From contig JAVEUY010000001.1 in the NCBI GenBank assembly GCA_034005315.1, positions 1 through 39,998 on the forward strand: DNA of 39,998 nucleotides. The letters are read 5' to 3'. The notes below the pieces were generated by a model. That model was not told where the DNA came from. It worked only from the letters and a program-made list of their open reading frames with translations, and ran no database searches. Below are positions 29,390 through 38,803 of the stretch, piece by piece (position 1 is the stretch's first letter; each line of letters begins with the position of its first letter). The stretch is from Ignavibacteriaceae bacterium (GTDB taxonomy: Bacteria; Bacteroidota; Ignavibacteria; Ignavibacteriales; Ignavibacteriaceae). A program made the position numbers and the translations under genes.

Positions 29390-30097
29390 TCAAGGCGTTT
29401 TATCCGCTTTTTGCTGGTTTTCGGTATCTTTTTTAATTGTAGTCTTCATTTTTAGCTGTTGAACTTCTTGCTTTTCCTGCGTGGATAAACTGCGCTGCAT
29501 AAAATTTAAGCTGTTTTTGTTTATTTCCTGCGGACTTACACTAACTGGTGCGGGAGCAAAATTGCCTTCAGTTCTTTGAACTTCATCAGATTGGTTGGTG
29601 TCAACAGTTGTTTCTTCAATATATGATTCTCCGGAAATTATTCCTCTGTTTGAACCAAGCATATTCTCAGTATCCCTTTTTTCAATTTCAGCCGGTTTAT
29701 CTTTAAAATTCTCTTTAACTGATTCCTGCCTGGAGGATTTTTGTTCAGGTTTAGATCTTTTATTCAGTTCCTCAATCTCATTTTGAAGAATTACATCATC
29801 CATAGTTTCAGTTATTAAAATATCCTCTCTCAGCCGCGGTGCAATATTAAGTGGATCTTCCATAACTTCTGAATTACCATCTACAACAAAGAAAATAATA
29901 ATTGCTGAAGCCAGAGCAACCGCTGCAGGTACAAGTTTGGGCGGTGTTAAAAGATTTTCCCAAAAACTTTTTCCCTTAGTCTTATCAGATGAATTTATTT
30001 TTCTTAATAACTCAGTCTCAAAGTTTTTTGGTGCTTCAACTTTGGGAAGATTTTTTAAATCCTCTAAAATCTTTCTGTTTATGTTTTCATCGTTCAT
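29390..30097 (-). CDS. Putative anti-sigma factor (single-pass membrane protein)
   Basis: 235 aa. Starts 6 nt after the ECF sigma stop. One TM helix (LVPAAVALASAIIIFFVV) and a C-terminal E/K/Q/T/S-rich low-complexity region. No HxxxCxxC zinc motif. Function is inferred from position only. Confidence 0.5.
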   Translation of the reverse strand: MNDENINRKILEDLKNLPKVEAPKNFETELLRKINSSDKTKGKSFWENLLTPPKLVPAAVALASAIIIFFVVDGNSEVMEDPLNIAPRLREDILITETMDDVILQNEIEELNKRSKPEQKSSRQESVKENFKDKPAEIEKRDTENMLGSNRGIISGESYIEETTVDTNQSDEVQRTEGNFAPAPVSVSPQEINKNSLNFMQRSLSTQEKQEVQQLKMKTTIKKDTENQQKADKTP

Positions 30098-30103
30098 TTA
30101 ATT

Positions 30104-30688
30104 CTAATCCTTATAAATATCCTTAAGATACTTTTGCAATTCGGCTCTGCCGCGATTAATCCGTGATTTAACTGTTCCTATTTCAATTTTCATAATCTCT
30201 GCAATTTCCTCATAAGATAATTCCTGTATATCTCTTAAAATCACCGCTTCGCGATAAGTATCTCTGACTTTCAATAATGCTTTCTGAATAATTTCACTTT
30301 TCATTTTCATATCAGTTTGTATGTCCGGTCTGTATGCTTCGTCAGGTATATCAAATGTCTTTTTTTCTTCGCCGTAATCGTGAATAGAAAAGAAATTTCT
30401 TCTGCGCTTTCGCTGATATTCTGTTCGGGCAAGATTACCTGCGATTGTATAAATCCAGGTTGAAAATTTTGCCAAAGAACTGTAATTATCTTTATACCTG
30501 TAAACCTTTATAAACGTATCCTGAACTACATCAACACAGCTATCATAATCTCCAAGAAATCTGTAAACAAAATTAATTAACGGATTTTTAAATCTGCTTA
30601 CAAGAATCTCAAAAGCTTTTTCATTTCCGCTGCTTTGAAATTCAAGTATAAGCTCTTCATCTGTTAAGTCGTTAAAATTTCTTTCCAC
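30104..30688 (-). CDS. RNA polymerase ECF-type sigma-70 family factor
   Basis: 194 aa. Region 2 (VVQDTFIKVYR...FSTWIYTIAGNLA) and region 4 HTH (LSYEEIAEIMKIEIGTVKSRINRGRAEL). GTG start. Confidence 0.85.
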   Translation of the reverse strand: MERNFNDLTDEELILEFQSSGNEKAFEILVSRFKNPLINFVYRFLGDYDSCVDVVQDTFIKVYRYKDNYSSLAKFSTWIYTIAGNLARTEYQRKRRRNFFSIHDYGEEKKTFDIPDEAYRPDIQTDMKMKSEIIQKALLKVRDTYREAVILRDIQELSYEEIAEIMKIEIGTVKSRINRGRAELQKYLKDIYKD

Positions 30689-30782
30689 CAGATAGCTTTT
30701 ACTTGGTTAGTTTAAATTTTGTTTCAATTTCTGTTTAAAAATTACAAAAAAGACCAGAATTATTATATGTTTAACAGTTTTC

Positions 30783-31814
30783 TTAATCCGGAATTATTTC
30801 AGAGATTAAAATTGTTATTAATGTATAATCATCAATTGATGTGGTTTTTAAAGAAATATCTGCTTTAAGTAATGCAGAAAAGATTTCTGCAAGTTGTTTG
30901 TTTGAATATAATTTACGTGCATTATGATACCCGAGTAAATAATAAGGGTGTGTCCCTAAAATTCTGGCCATCTGATATTCATTTGTTTTTGCTGCAGTAA
31001 GTTCTGTTAATCTTGCTAATCCGGTAAAATACTTATTAAGCATTGCAATTATCATTATTGGTTCGGTACCATTCTTTAAAAGATTGTGTGCAACTTTTAG
31101 TGCATTGCTTTTATTCTTTTTTGCTAATGCATTCTGCAAATCAAAAATTGTATATTGTTTTAATGATGTTGATAAACCCCTTATGCTTTCAATCGTTATT
31201 TCTCTGCCTTCCCCGATATAAAGAATTATTTTTTCAAGTTGTGCTTCAAGCGAATTTCTTTTTTCCCCGGAAATATCTACAAGCATCTGAGCGTTTTCAT
31301 AGGAAATTGTTTTGCCACTTTTTTCTGCAGTTGAAATTACCCACTCAATTAAAGAATTACCTTTAAGCTCTTTAGCTTCAAAAAGATATCCTTGATTAGC
31401 AAGTGTCTTATACGGTTCAGATTCCGGATTACTAATTGACCCTTCGTGTAAAAAAACAATTACTGAAAAGTCTGCGGGTGATTTTAAATAATTTACAAGC
31501 TCTTTTTTATCTCTTACTTTTTCAGCCTGTTTAAGAGTAATAAGTTTTTTTTCAGACCCGAATGGAAATGTTGATGCCAGTCCGGTTATATTGGCAAAGG
31601 TTTGGTTTTCTCCGTAACAGGTTTCTTTATCAAAATCAGAAACAATAAAAGGTTCTAAAAATTTTTCAATAACTTTATGTGTTATTTCAATGCTGTATGT
31701 ATCTTCTCCAAATAAGTAATAAACAGGTAAAATCTTTTTTTGTTTTAACTGTTTTTCAATTTCCTGAATTGCCGGGGCTTTACTTTTTGCCATTGAATAT
31801 AAAGAAGACGACAT
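30783..31814 (-). CDS. holA: DNA polymerase III delta subunit
   Basis: 343 aa. N-terminal PVYYLFGEDTY motif and overall HolA-like length and pattern. The start may instead be ATG 31793 (MAKSKAP...). Confidence 0.75.
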   Translation of the reverse strand: MSSSLYSMAKSKAPAIQEIEKQLKQKKILPVYYLFGEDTYSIEITHKVIEKFLEPFIVSDFDKETCYGENQTFANITGLASTFPFGSEKKLITLKQAEKVRDKKELVNYLKSPADFSVIVFLHEGSISNPESEPYKTLANQGYLFEAKELKGNSLIEWVISTAEKSGKTISYENAQMLVDISGEKRNSLEAQLEKIILYIGEGREITIESIRGLSTSLKQYTIFDLQNALAKKNKSNALKVAHNLLKNGTEPIMIIAMLNKYFTGLARLTELTAAKTNEYQMARILGTHPYYLLGYHNARKLYSNKQLAEIFSALLKADISLKTTSIDDYTLITILISEIIPD

Positions 31815-31832
31815 CAGTTTAAAGATGCCGTC
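31807..31832 (-). terminator. Possible attenuating hairpin/weak terminator between the PPIase gene and holA
   Basis: On minus-strand RNA, GACGGCAUC-loop-GAUGUCGUC forms a 9-bp stem with one G-U pair, followed by UUCUUUAU. It starts 17 nt after the PPIase stop and covers the holA ATG at 31814-31812. Confidence 0.35.
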
Positions 31833-31849
31833 TTTTTTTAATTACTTAA

Positions 31850-32419
31850 TTATCTTTTTTCTATTGTAACGCTTTCCATTACAACATCTTTTAGTGGTCT
31901 ATCCTGCGGATCTTTTTCAACTTTGCCGATAGCTTTTACTACATCCATTCCATCTATAACTTTTCCAAAAATAGTGTGATGATTATTCAGCCATGGTGTC
32001 GGAACAAGTGTAATGAAAAACTGACTGCCGTTTGTATTTGGTCCTGCATTAGCCATTGATAAAATACCTTCGCCATCGTGTTTTAATGAATCGACAAATT
32101 CATCATTAAATTTTTTGCCCCAAATGCTTTCTCCGCCTCTTCCGGTTCCTGTCGGATCACCGCCCTGAATCATAAAACCGTCAATAACTCTATGAAAAAT
32201 TACACCGTTGTAATAACCTTTGTTTGCCAGCCCGACAAAGTTTTCAACTGTTTTGGGAGCTGCTTTTTCAAATAATTCCAATTCAATAGTGCCCATATTT
32301 GTTTTGATTACTGCTACTGTTAAACTATCTGACATTTTTTTAGTATCCTTTTTTTGTGATATTATATTTGATGTGAAAATAAGCGATAATACAATCGTCG
32401 TTAAAAAAAGTTTTTTCAT
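31850..32419 (-). CDS. Cyclophilin-type peptidyl-prolyl cis-trans isomerase, exported
   Basis: 189 aa. Signal peptide [21 protein letters not shown]. Cyclophilin motifs [15 protein letters not shown] and [23 protein letters not shown] lies 4 nt (TTAA) upstream of the ATG. Confidence 0.9.
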   Translation of the reverse strand: MKKLFLTTIVLSLIFTSNIISQKKDTKKMSDSLTVAVIKTNMGTIELELFEKAAPKTVENFVGLANKGYYNGVIFHRVIDGFMIQGGDPTGTGRGGESIWGKKFNDEFVDSLKHDGEGILSMANAGPNTNGSQFFITLVPTPWLNNHHTIFGKVIDGMDVVKAIGKVEKDPQDRPLKDVVMESVTIEKR

Positions 32420-32429
32420 TTAACCTCCT

Positions 32430-33278
32430 TTATGGTTTTATAATATTTAAATAAAGAAAAAGTAAAATCAATATACCAAGAACTATCCTGTAAAAAATAA
32501 AAACAAAAGTTGTATTCTTTTTTAAAAACTTTAGTAAAAAATCTATTGCAAGATAGCCGCTTATACCTGAAATCAAAGTAGCAACGGTAAGATTAATAGC
32601 AATATCAGAATTAATAAATGCTAAAGATTCTTTTAATTGAAGCAAACCGCTTGCTAGTACTGCAGGTACGCTTAACAGGAATGAAAATCTTGCAGCAACA
32701 TCGCGTTTTAAACCCAGAAACAAACCGCCGGTTATCGTTGTACCTGACCGTGAGGAACCTGGTATCAATGCTACAGCCTGAGCGATACCAATCATAACAG
32801 AATCAAAAAATGTAATATCCTGCATATCTTTATTAAATTTTGCAGTTCTTTCTGCTATTGCAAGTATAATTGCCAATACTATCAAACTCCCGCCAATTAC
32901 ATATAAGTTTTTTGTTAATGCGCCTTCAATAGCATCCTTAAACAACAAGCCAATTATAACAATCGGTATTGTTCCTGCTATTATCATCCAGCCAAGTTTT
33001 GAATTAAGAGATTGTTCGGAATATTTCATTCTTTTCTGAATGTTATTCTGAATAAACTCAAAAAATATATTCCATAAATCTTTTCTGAAATAAACCAGTA
33101 TAGAAATCATCGTTCCGAGTTGTATAACTGCAATAAAAGATGTCCATTGTTCCGGGTGCTCTTCAGAAATTAAACCCATAAATTTTCCGGCAAGAGTTAA
33201 ATGACCGGTACTGCTGATTGGAAGAAACTCTGTAAGCCCCTGAATTAAACCCAGAATAATTGCGTCAATAATATTCAA
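32430..33278 (-). CDS. uppP: Undecaprenyl-diphosphate phosphatase
   Basis: 282 aa. BacA/UppP motifs GLTEFLPISSTGHL and PGSSRSGTTI. TTG start preceded by AAGGAGG. Confidence 0.9.
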   Translation of the reverse strand: MNIIDAIILGLIQGLTEFLPISSTGHLTLAGKFMGLISEEHPEQWTSFIAVIQLGTMISILVYFRKDLWNIFFEFIQNNIQKRMKYSEQSLNSKLGWMIIAGTIPIVIIGLLFKDAIEGALTKNLYVIGGSLIVLAIILAIAERTAKFNKDMQDITFFDSVMIGIAQAVALIPGSSRSGTTITGGLFLGLKRDVAARFSFLLSVPAVLASGLLQLKESLAFINSDIAINLTVATLISGISGYLAIDFLLKFLKKNTTFVFIFYRIVLGILILLFLYLNIIKP

Positions 33279-33287
33279 ACAGCCTCC

Positions 33288-33920
33288 TTAAAACTGATAA
33301 GAAATTCCAAGTCTTACGCCAAACGACAATGAACTGAAATTTACATTTCCGACTTTATTGCCGGTTGAATTACTATCCGGTTTACCAAGTGCATCGTATC
33401 GTATATCGGCTCCAATGTGGGCATAAACATCCTGAGCAATGGCAGTATTGCCTGCAGCTCTTAAAATAAATCCAAATCCGAATGACGAATAATTATAATT
33501 ATTCGGATCAGCAGGAAGTTTTTCTGTAATTGATGAAAGCCTGATACCAGTACCGCCGCCAAATTTAAAGTTGTATCCTTTGCCTGATATTACATAGTTA
33601 TATAATAACGAGGGCATTATTAAAGAATAGCTCAAATCGTAATTGCCGCTAAGTGAATTTCCGTTATACGAGTTTAACAAATAACCGATTTCTAATTCTA
33701 ACTGCGAATTATCAGAAATCATTCTGCCATAAGACCCTGAAAAATTTACAGCCGAACTAAAATCACTAAGCTGACCGGTATAATTTTTTTCAAGATAATC
33801 TTTTAAATCAAGCACACTAATAAAATCAATTCCCATAGAAGCTCTTACTTCATTTTCTTTTTGAGCCATAGTAACAAACGGAATTGAAATTAATATTAAA
33901 ACGTAAATTATATTTTTCAT
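33288..33920 (-). CDS. Small outer-membrane beta-barrel protein
   Basis: 210 aa. Signal peptide MKNIIYVLILISIPFVTMAQ. Alternating hydrophobic beta-strand pattern with G/Y/S-rich composition. C-terminal GISYQF ends in the aromatic residue typical of OMPs. The ATG overlaps the upstream stop (ATGA). Confidence 0.7.
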   Translation of the reverse strand: MKNIIYVLILISIPFVTMAQKENEVRASMGIDFISVLDLKDYLEKNYTGQLSDFSSAVNFSGSYGRMISDNSQLELEIGYLLNSYNGNSLSGNYDLSYSLIMPSLLYNYVISGKGYNFKFGGGTGIRLSSITEKLPADPNNYNYSSFGFGFILRAAGNTAIAQDVYAHIGADIRYDALGKPDSNSTGNKVGNVNFSSLSFGVRLGISYQF

Positions 33921-34972
33921 ACTTCCCTTATTTCAGTTTCAACTACTTTAAATAAATTATCGCGCTGTTTGTTAATTATAAAAAACATTATAAGCGCAGT
34001 GCCGATAAACAAAATATATCCAATTATATGTGTTAAAAAAGCATAAGCTGCACTGATAGTTTCACCAAAACCAAAAATCATAACTAATGACGATTTTGCC
34101 AGTGTGTGGTACGAGCCTGTGCTTCCCGGTGTTGGAAGCATAACTCCGATAGAACTGATGCTCATAATAATCCAACCCATAGCAAAAGTAACTGGTTTAA
34201 TAACCTGCATATCAAGCATTAATAATCCTGCATAAGAACCATAAGCGTATAAAATTATAAGAACAAAAGTCCAGAAGATTGTCCAGAAATAATTTTTTGC
34301 ACCTTTCAGGCTTGCAAAACCTTCAGCCAGCATTGTAAAAATATAAGCAATTTTTTCTGCCGATTTTTGTGATAATTTACCAACAAACTTTATTACTAAC
34401 CGAGAAAATTTTTCTCTGGAGCGAAGTATCAACACAAGTATAACTATTAAAATCAGTATTCCCGCAGCCATAATATACAGCGATGTAATAAGCCATGGAA
34501 ATTTTTCTGACAGACTGACACTTGTCAAAAATAAAGCAATAACAACTGATAAGCCAAGTGAAACAGCATCAATTATTCTTTCCAGAATTACAGTTCCAAA
34601 CATTGAAGAGCGCGATAAGCCCTCTAATCTTCCAATTAAAACTGCGCGGGTAACTTCGCCTAATTTTGGCGTAACACAATTAACTCCGTATCCAACCATC
34701 AAAGAACCAAAAAGGTTTTTCATCGATGTGTTGGGTTTTACAGAATTTAAAATATATTTCCATCTTAGTGCCCGGACATAGTGCCCAAGCATAGTAACTA
34801 ATATAAAAACAGAAGTCCATAAAATATTTGCGCGGGAAACAATTTCAAGAACTTCACTAAAATCAACATCATTAAATGCAATATATAGAAAGATAAAGGC
34901 AAGGATTACAGATATCCCATAATTTATCAAAGTACCGATTTTGCTAAATCTGTTCTTTTTATCTAAGGTCAA
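33917..34972 (-). CDS. Flippase-like polytopic membrane protein (UPF0104 / MprF-flippase-domain-like)
   Basis: 351 aa with about 8 TM helices. The pattern resembles the lysylphosphatidylglycerol-synthase TM-region family. TTG start overlaps the lolA 3' end by 14 nt. Confidence 0.55.
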   Translation of the reverse strand: MTLDKKNRFSKIGTLINYGISVILAFIFLYIAFNDVDFSEVLEIVSRANILWTSVFILVTMLGHYVRALRWKYILNSVKPNTSMKNLFGSLMVGYGVNCVTPKLGEVTRAVLIGRLEGLSRSSMFGTVILERIIDAVSLGLSVVIALFLTSVSLSEKFPWLITSLYIMAAGILILIVILVLILRSREKFSRLVIKFVGKLSQKSAEKIAYIFTMLAEGFASLKGAKNYFWTIFWTFVLIILYAYGSYAGLLMLDMQVIKPVTFAMGWIIMSISSIGVMLPTPGSTGSYHTLAKSSLVMIFGFGETISAAYAFLTHIIGYILFIGTALIMFFIINKQRDNLFKVVETEIREV

Positions 34973-35555
34973 CTATAGTAGTTCCTTCCGGAGCAGTAAA
35001 TGTAAACAAAGATTCTGATAAATTATTATTGAGTTTATAATTTGTAAAGCTAACTTCCATATTACCTGCTGCCTGATTTATGATAACTGCTTTATCAATC
35101 AGGTTATCCTTATTAATTACAAGTTTAACTTCACCGGAGCTGTTTTTTTTGGTTTTAGGTTTTAAGATTAAAACGGTTTTACTTCCTTCTGATGATAAAG
35201 ATAAATCACATTCTTTGGGATATTCATAAACAAGATAATTTATTGATAAAAGCCCTGCGCCTTTTTCTTCATAATCACTGATGATCACTTTTTTATCTTG
35301 TTTGTTATAATTCCAGGATGTTTTTCCATCGGATACAATAATTTGATTTCCAAACTCCAAACGCAAATTATTTTTCTCATTAAAATAAAGTTTTCCTGAT
35401 AAATTAGGTTTACTATTATTTTTTTGAGTTACGTCTGCTTTTAAATCAGTAATTGAATCAAATTTAGTTTGTAATGATTTTAAAACTGATTCTGCTGTCT
35501 GACTAAAAGAAACTGTCGAATAAAAAAGAATAATTAAACTTAAAATCATTTTCAT
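34959..35555 (-). CDS. lolA: Outer-membrane lipoprotein carrier protein LolA-like
   Basis: The start was trimmed to ATG 35555 (MKMILSLIILFYSTVSFSQ signal peptide). LolA-like LKSLQTKFDSITDLKADVTQ follows. It lies directly downstream of ftsK, as in E. coli. The track ORF's 51-codon extension overlaps the ftsK 3' end. Confidence 0.75.
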   Translation of the reverse strand: MKMILSLIILFYSTVSFSQTAESVLKSLQTKFDSITDLKADVTQKNNSKPNLSGKLYFNEKNNLRLEFGNQIIVSDGKTSWNYNKQDKKVIISDYEEKGAGLLSINYLVYEYPKECDLSLSSEGSKTVLILKPKTKKNSSGEVKLVINKDNLIDKAVIINQAAGNMEVSFTNYKLNNNLSESLFTFTAPEGTTIVDLR

Positions 35556-35595
35556 TTTCAACTCTGAATTTTGAAAAAATAGTTTAATGTTTTGA

Positions 35596-38052
35596 CTACA
35601 AATTGCGCAGAATTGTTTCAAGCTGTTCTTCATTTTCAACAAGAACTGTTCTGGCTTTGCTTCCGTCATTTGGGCCCACAATTCCTGCTTCTTCAAGCTG
35701 ATCAACAATTCTGGCAGCTCGTGAATAACCTAACTTTAATCTTCTTTGCAATAAAGAAACAGAGCCCTGCTGATGCCGTACAATTACTTTTGCAGCTTCT
35801 TCAAACATAGGATCTAAATCTGCTGAAACACCTGTTGATGATTCTTTTTTCTTATCATACAGAGAAGGCAGAAAGTACGGCTTGGAATATGCCTGCTGTG
35901 AATAAACGAAATTTGTAATCTTTTCAACTTCTTCAGTAGAGATAAAAGCATTTTGTACACGAATTGGTTTGGGTGAACCTGTCGGAAGAAACAGCATATC
36001 ACCTCTGCCAAGAAGCTGTTCAGCACCGTTCATATCAAGTATAGTTCTTGAATCAATTTTTGTTGCAACCTGATATGCAATTCTGGAACTGAAATTTGCT
36101 TTGATAACACCGGTAATAACATTGACTGAAGGGCGCTGGGTTGCAAGCACAAGATGTATTCCAACTGCGCGGGATAGTTGTGCTAACCTTGTAATAGGCT
36201 CTTCTACATCCCTGCCGGCAGTTATCATTAAATCAGCAAGCTCATCAACAACAACAATAATATACGGAATAGGGTGATGTTTAATTGTATCGGTATCGTG
36301 CGGTCTAGTTTTAGGGTCCTTTATTTTTTTGTTGTAATCAACAATGTTACGTACACCTGCTTTTGCAAGTTTATCGTACCGCCTTTCCATTTCATACTCA
36401 ACGCTCTTTAACATTAGTACAGCATTCTGAGGTGCTGTAATAATCTCTTCATCCAGGTCGGGCGAAACTGCCAGATAATGTTTGCGTAATTTATTATAAA
36501 AAGATAGTTCTATCTTTTTGGGATCAACCATAGCAAACTTAACTTCAGAAGGATGCTTTGTGTAAAGCAGACTGCTGATGATCATATTAATACCAACACT
36601 TTTACCGGAACCCGTTGATCCTGCAATCAGTAAGTGAGGCATCTTTGCAAGATCTGCAACATACACATCTCCGCTGATTGTCTTGCCAAGTGCAAGCGGA
36701 AGTTCTGCTTCGGATTCACTTATTCTGCCGATAACTGAACGAGCATTTACCAACGAGGCTTTTGCATTTGGTATTTCAACACCAATAGCGCTTTTACCCG
36801 GAATCGGAGCGATGATTCTTATTCCACGTGCAGCAAGTGCAAGTGCAATATCATTTTCCAATCCAACAATTTTGCTGATCTTAACACCCGGAGCAGGAAC
36901 AATTTCATAAAGAGTAACAACCGGACCAGGTGTAACGGAGATATCTTTTATTTCTATATCAAAAAGTTTTAGTTTGTCTTTAAGTAATTCAGCATTTCGT
37001 GTAAGCTCTTCCTCCGCAACTTTATAATCTTCTTCAGGCGCTACATCAAGCAGATCAATACCGGGTAATTTATAATCAATTTCTTCTTCCCATTGGTTCG
37101 GAAGCTTCATTTCATTTTCGGTTTCTGTCTTCTCTTTCTTTTCCGGAAGTTCACCGGTTTTTACAATATCAACCTTTTTAATTTCATCATTGACTACTTC
37201 ATTTTCAGGTTCCGGAACAGGTACATCATCTTTTCTGATTATTCTGATATTTGTCTGTTCCTCAGTTTCGGTTTCCATTAAATCTGCGGCAGATAATTCT
37301 TCTTCATCATGTTTTCTCTTCTTCTTTTTATCGCTGCTTAATTTTTTAATCTTATCAAGATTTTCTTTCTCTCTTGTATCAGTTTTTTCGTTTGACTTTT
37401 GAACATCATCTTCGTTAAATGAAAAAATATCTTTGAAGAATAAAAGAATATTTTTTATATCAATATCAACTGCAAAAATCAGCAAAGTAATAAAGCCAAA
37501 ACCAAGTAAAAGAATACTTCCGATTCCGCCGATCAATCCGCTTAAAAATTTACCAATGTGATCACCGATGAAACCTGAAAGTTCATAAGTTGATCCAAAT
37601 AAACCATAGTTAACCTTTAGCACTCCAAAAAAAGCAGCAAAAATTAAAGCGCTTATTAACAGGAAGTTTGAGAAGTGTAATTTGAATTTGAAATCAACAG
37701 TTACAAATAATGAAATTCCCCATAAAAAAAGAACTATCGGAATAGCAATAGAGAAATATCCAAAGGTAGCTTTAACAAAAAATCTGGCAAAGTGAGCACC
37801 TGTTACTCCAAGCCAGTTTTGTATATCAATTTTTTCATCAAATGATTTTATAAAATCTGAAGGTAAACTGGTAAGGTTAGCTTCATCTATTCTATCGAAA
37901 GTGATTATATTCAAAAAAAGTAAGACTGAAATGATAACAAGCAGCAATCCCAGTATCTGCTGCTTATTTTTTGATGTAAAAGTAAAGTAGCTTTTATCAG
38001 AGTTGCCTTTGGATTTTTTTTCTTTTACACTTTTTTTCTTTTTCAGAGCCAT
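35596..38052 (-). CDS. ftsK: DNA translocase FtsK/SpoIIIE
   Basis: 818 aa. N-terminal 4-5 TM helices and an acidic/basic linker. Motor domain with Walker A GSTGSGKS and Walker B IVVVVDELADL. C-terminal winged-helix gamma domain (SVSLLQRRLKLGYSRAARIVDQLEEAGIVGP). Confidence 0.95.
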   Translation of the reverse strand: MALKKKKSVKEKKSKGNSDKSYFTFTSKNKQQILGLLLVIISVLLFLNIITFDRIDEANLTSLPSDFIKSFDEKIDIQNWLGVTGAHFARFFVKATFGYFSIAIPIVLFLWGISLFVTVDFKFKLHFSNFLLISALIFAAFFGVLKVNYGLFGSTYELSGFIGDHIGKFLSGLIGGIGSILLLGFGFITLLIFAVDIDIKNILLFFKDIFSFNEDDVQKSNEKTDTREKENLDKIKKLSSDKKKKRKHDEEELSAADLMETETEEQTNIRIIRKDDVPVPEPENEVVNDEIKKVDIVKTGELPEKKEKTETENEMKLPNQWEEEIDYKLPGIDLLDVAPEEDYKVAEEELTRNAELLKDKLKLFDIEIKDISVTPGPVVTLYEIVPAPGVKISKIVGLENDIALALAARGIRIIAPIPGKSAIGVEIPNAKASLVNARSVIGRISESEAELPLALGKTISGDVYVADLAKMPHLLIAGSTGSGKSVGINMIISSLLYTKHPSEVKFAMVDPKKIELSFYNKLRKHYLAVSPDLDEEIITAPQNAVLMLKSVEYEMERRYDKLAKAGVRNIVDYNKKIKDPKTRPHDTDTIKHHPIPYIIVVVDELADLMITAGRDVEEPITRLAQLSRAVGIHLVLATQRPSVNVITGVIKANFSSRIAYQVATKIDSRTILDMNGAEQLLGRGDMLFLPTGSPKPIRVQNAFISTEEVEKITNFVYSQQAYSKPYFLPSLYDKKKESSTGVSADLDPMFEEAAKVIVRHQQGSVSLLQRRLKLGYSRAARIVDQLEEAGIVGPNDGSKARTVLVENEEQLETILRNL

Positions 38053-38067
38053 TAAATTTTTATCTGA

Positions 38068-38796
38068 CTAATCAACTTTTAATTTTTTTAAAACACCATT
38101 TGTATAAAATGGAATAATGTCTAATATACCGGTTTGACCGCAATAATCAAGATCAGTATCAAATCCGTTTTCTAAAAGGATTTTTCCATGGTCGGATTCT
38201 CTCATCATTTTAACAATATTGTCTTTATATTTTTCATATAAAGCCATAACTGCTGTGCCTGAATCATTTAAAGAGATATCTTTTTTTATTTCTTTAATTT
38301 TCGAAATTAACATTCCCGCACAAACCGAGTCCTCAATAGAAAAATAATTATTTCTGCCCGAACAAATAATTTCAATATCATTATTAAATGCTGTAAGATG
38401 ATTTACAACAGCATCTATATTGATAAATGAGCAGGTAAAAAGATTTTCAGAATATCTTGTTTTAACAATTGCTTTGCTGCCATTTGTTGTAAAAAAAACA
38501 ATCGACTTGCCTTCAACAACTTCTTTTGTATATTCAAACGGCGAGTTGCCGAGAGCAAAGCCTTCTATCTTTTTTGTATTTCTTTCACCGCCAAGTAAAG
38601 TTTGCCCGCCAAATATTCCGCCCGAAACTTTAACTGCAAATTCAACAGATGCAACCGGGATAATTTCTTTAGCGCCATTATTAATTGCAGTTGCAATTGT
38701 TGATGTAGCACGAAGCACATCAATCACGACAGTAGTTTTACCTGTAAAGTAAAGCTCATCAACTATAACAGATGAAAGAAAAACATTTAACTTCAT
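38068..38796 (-). CDS. comB: 2-phosphosulfolactate phosphatase family protein (ComB-like)
   Basis: 242 aa. Family-typical N-terminus VVIDVLRATSTI and GGERN motif. Confidence 0.7.
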   Translation of the reverse strand: MKLNVFLSSVIVDELYFTGKTTVVIDVLRATSTIATAINNGAKEIIPVASVEFAVKVSGGIFGGQTLLGGERNTKKIEGFALGNSPFEYTKEVVEGKSIVFFTTNGSKAIVKTRYSENLFTCSFINIDAVVNHLTAFNNDIEIICSGRNNYFSIEDSVCAGMLISKIKEIKKDISLNDSGTAVMALYEKYKDNIVKMMRESDHGKILLENGFDTDLDYCGQTGILDIIPFYTNGVLKKLKVD

Positions 38797-38803
38797 ATTT
38801 ATT

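Noticed and set aside
35556-35708. A 51-codon N-terminal extension of the lolA ORF that overlaps the ftsK 3' end.
   Set aside because: The extension has no signal peptide and overlaps ftsK by 113 nt. The internal ATG at 35555 gives a canonical signal peptide directly followed by the LolA-like sequence.
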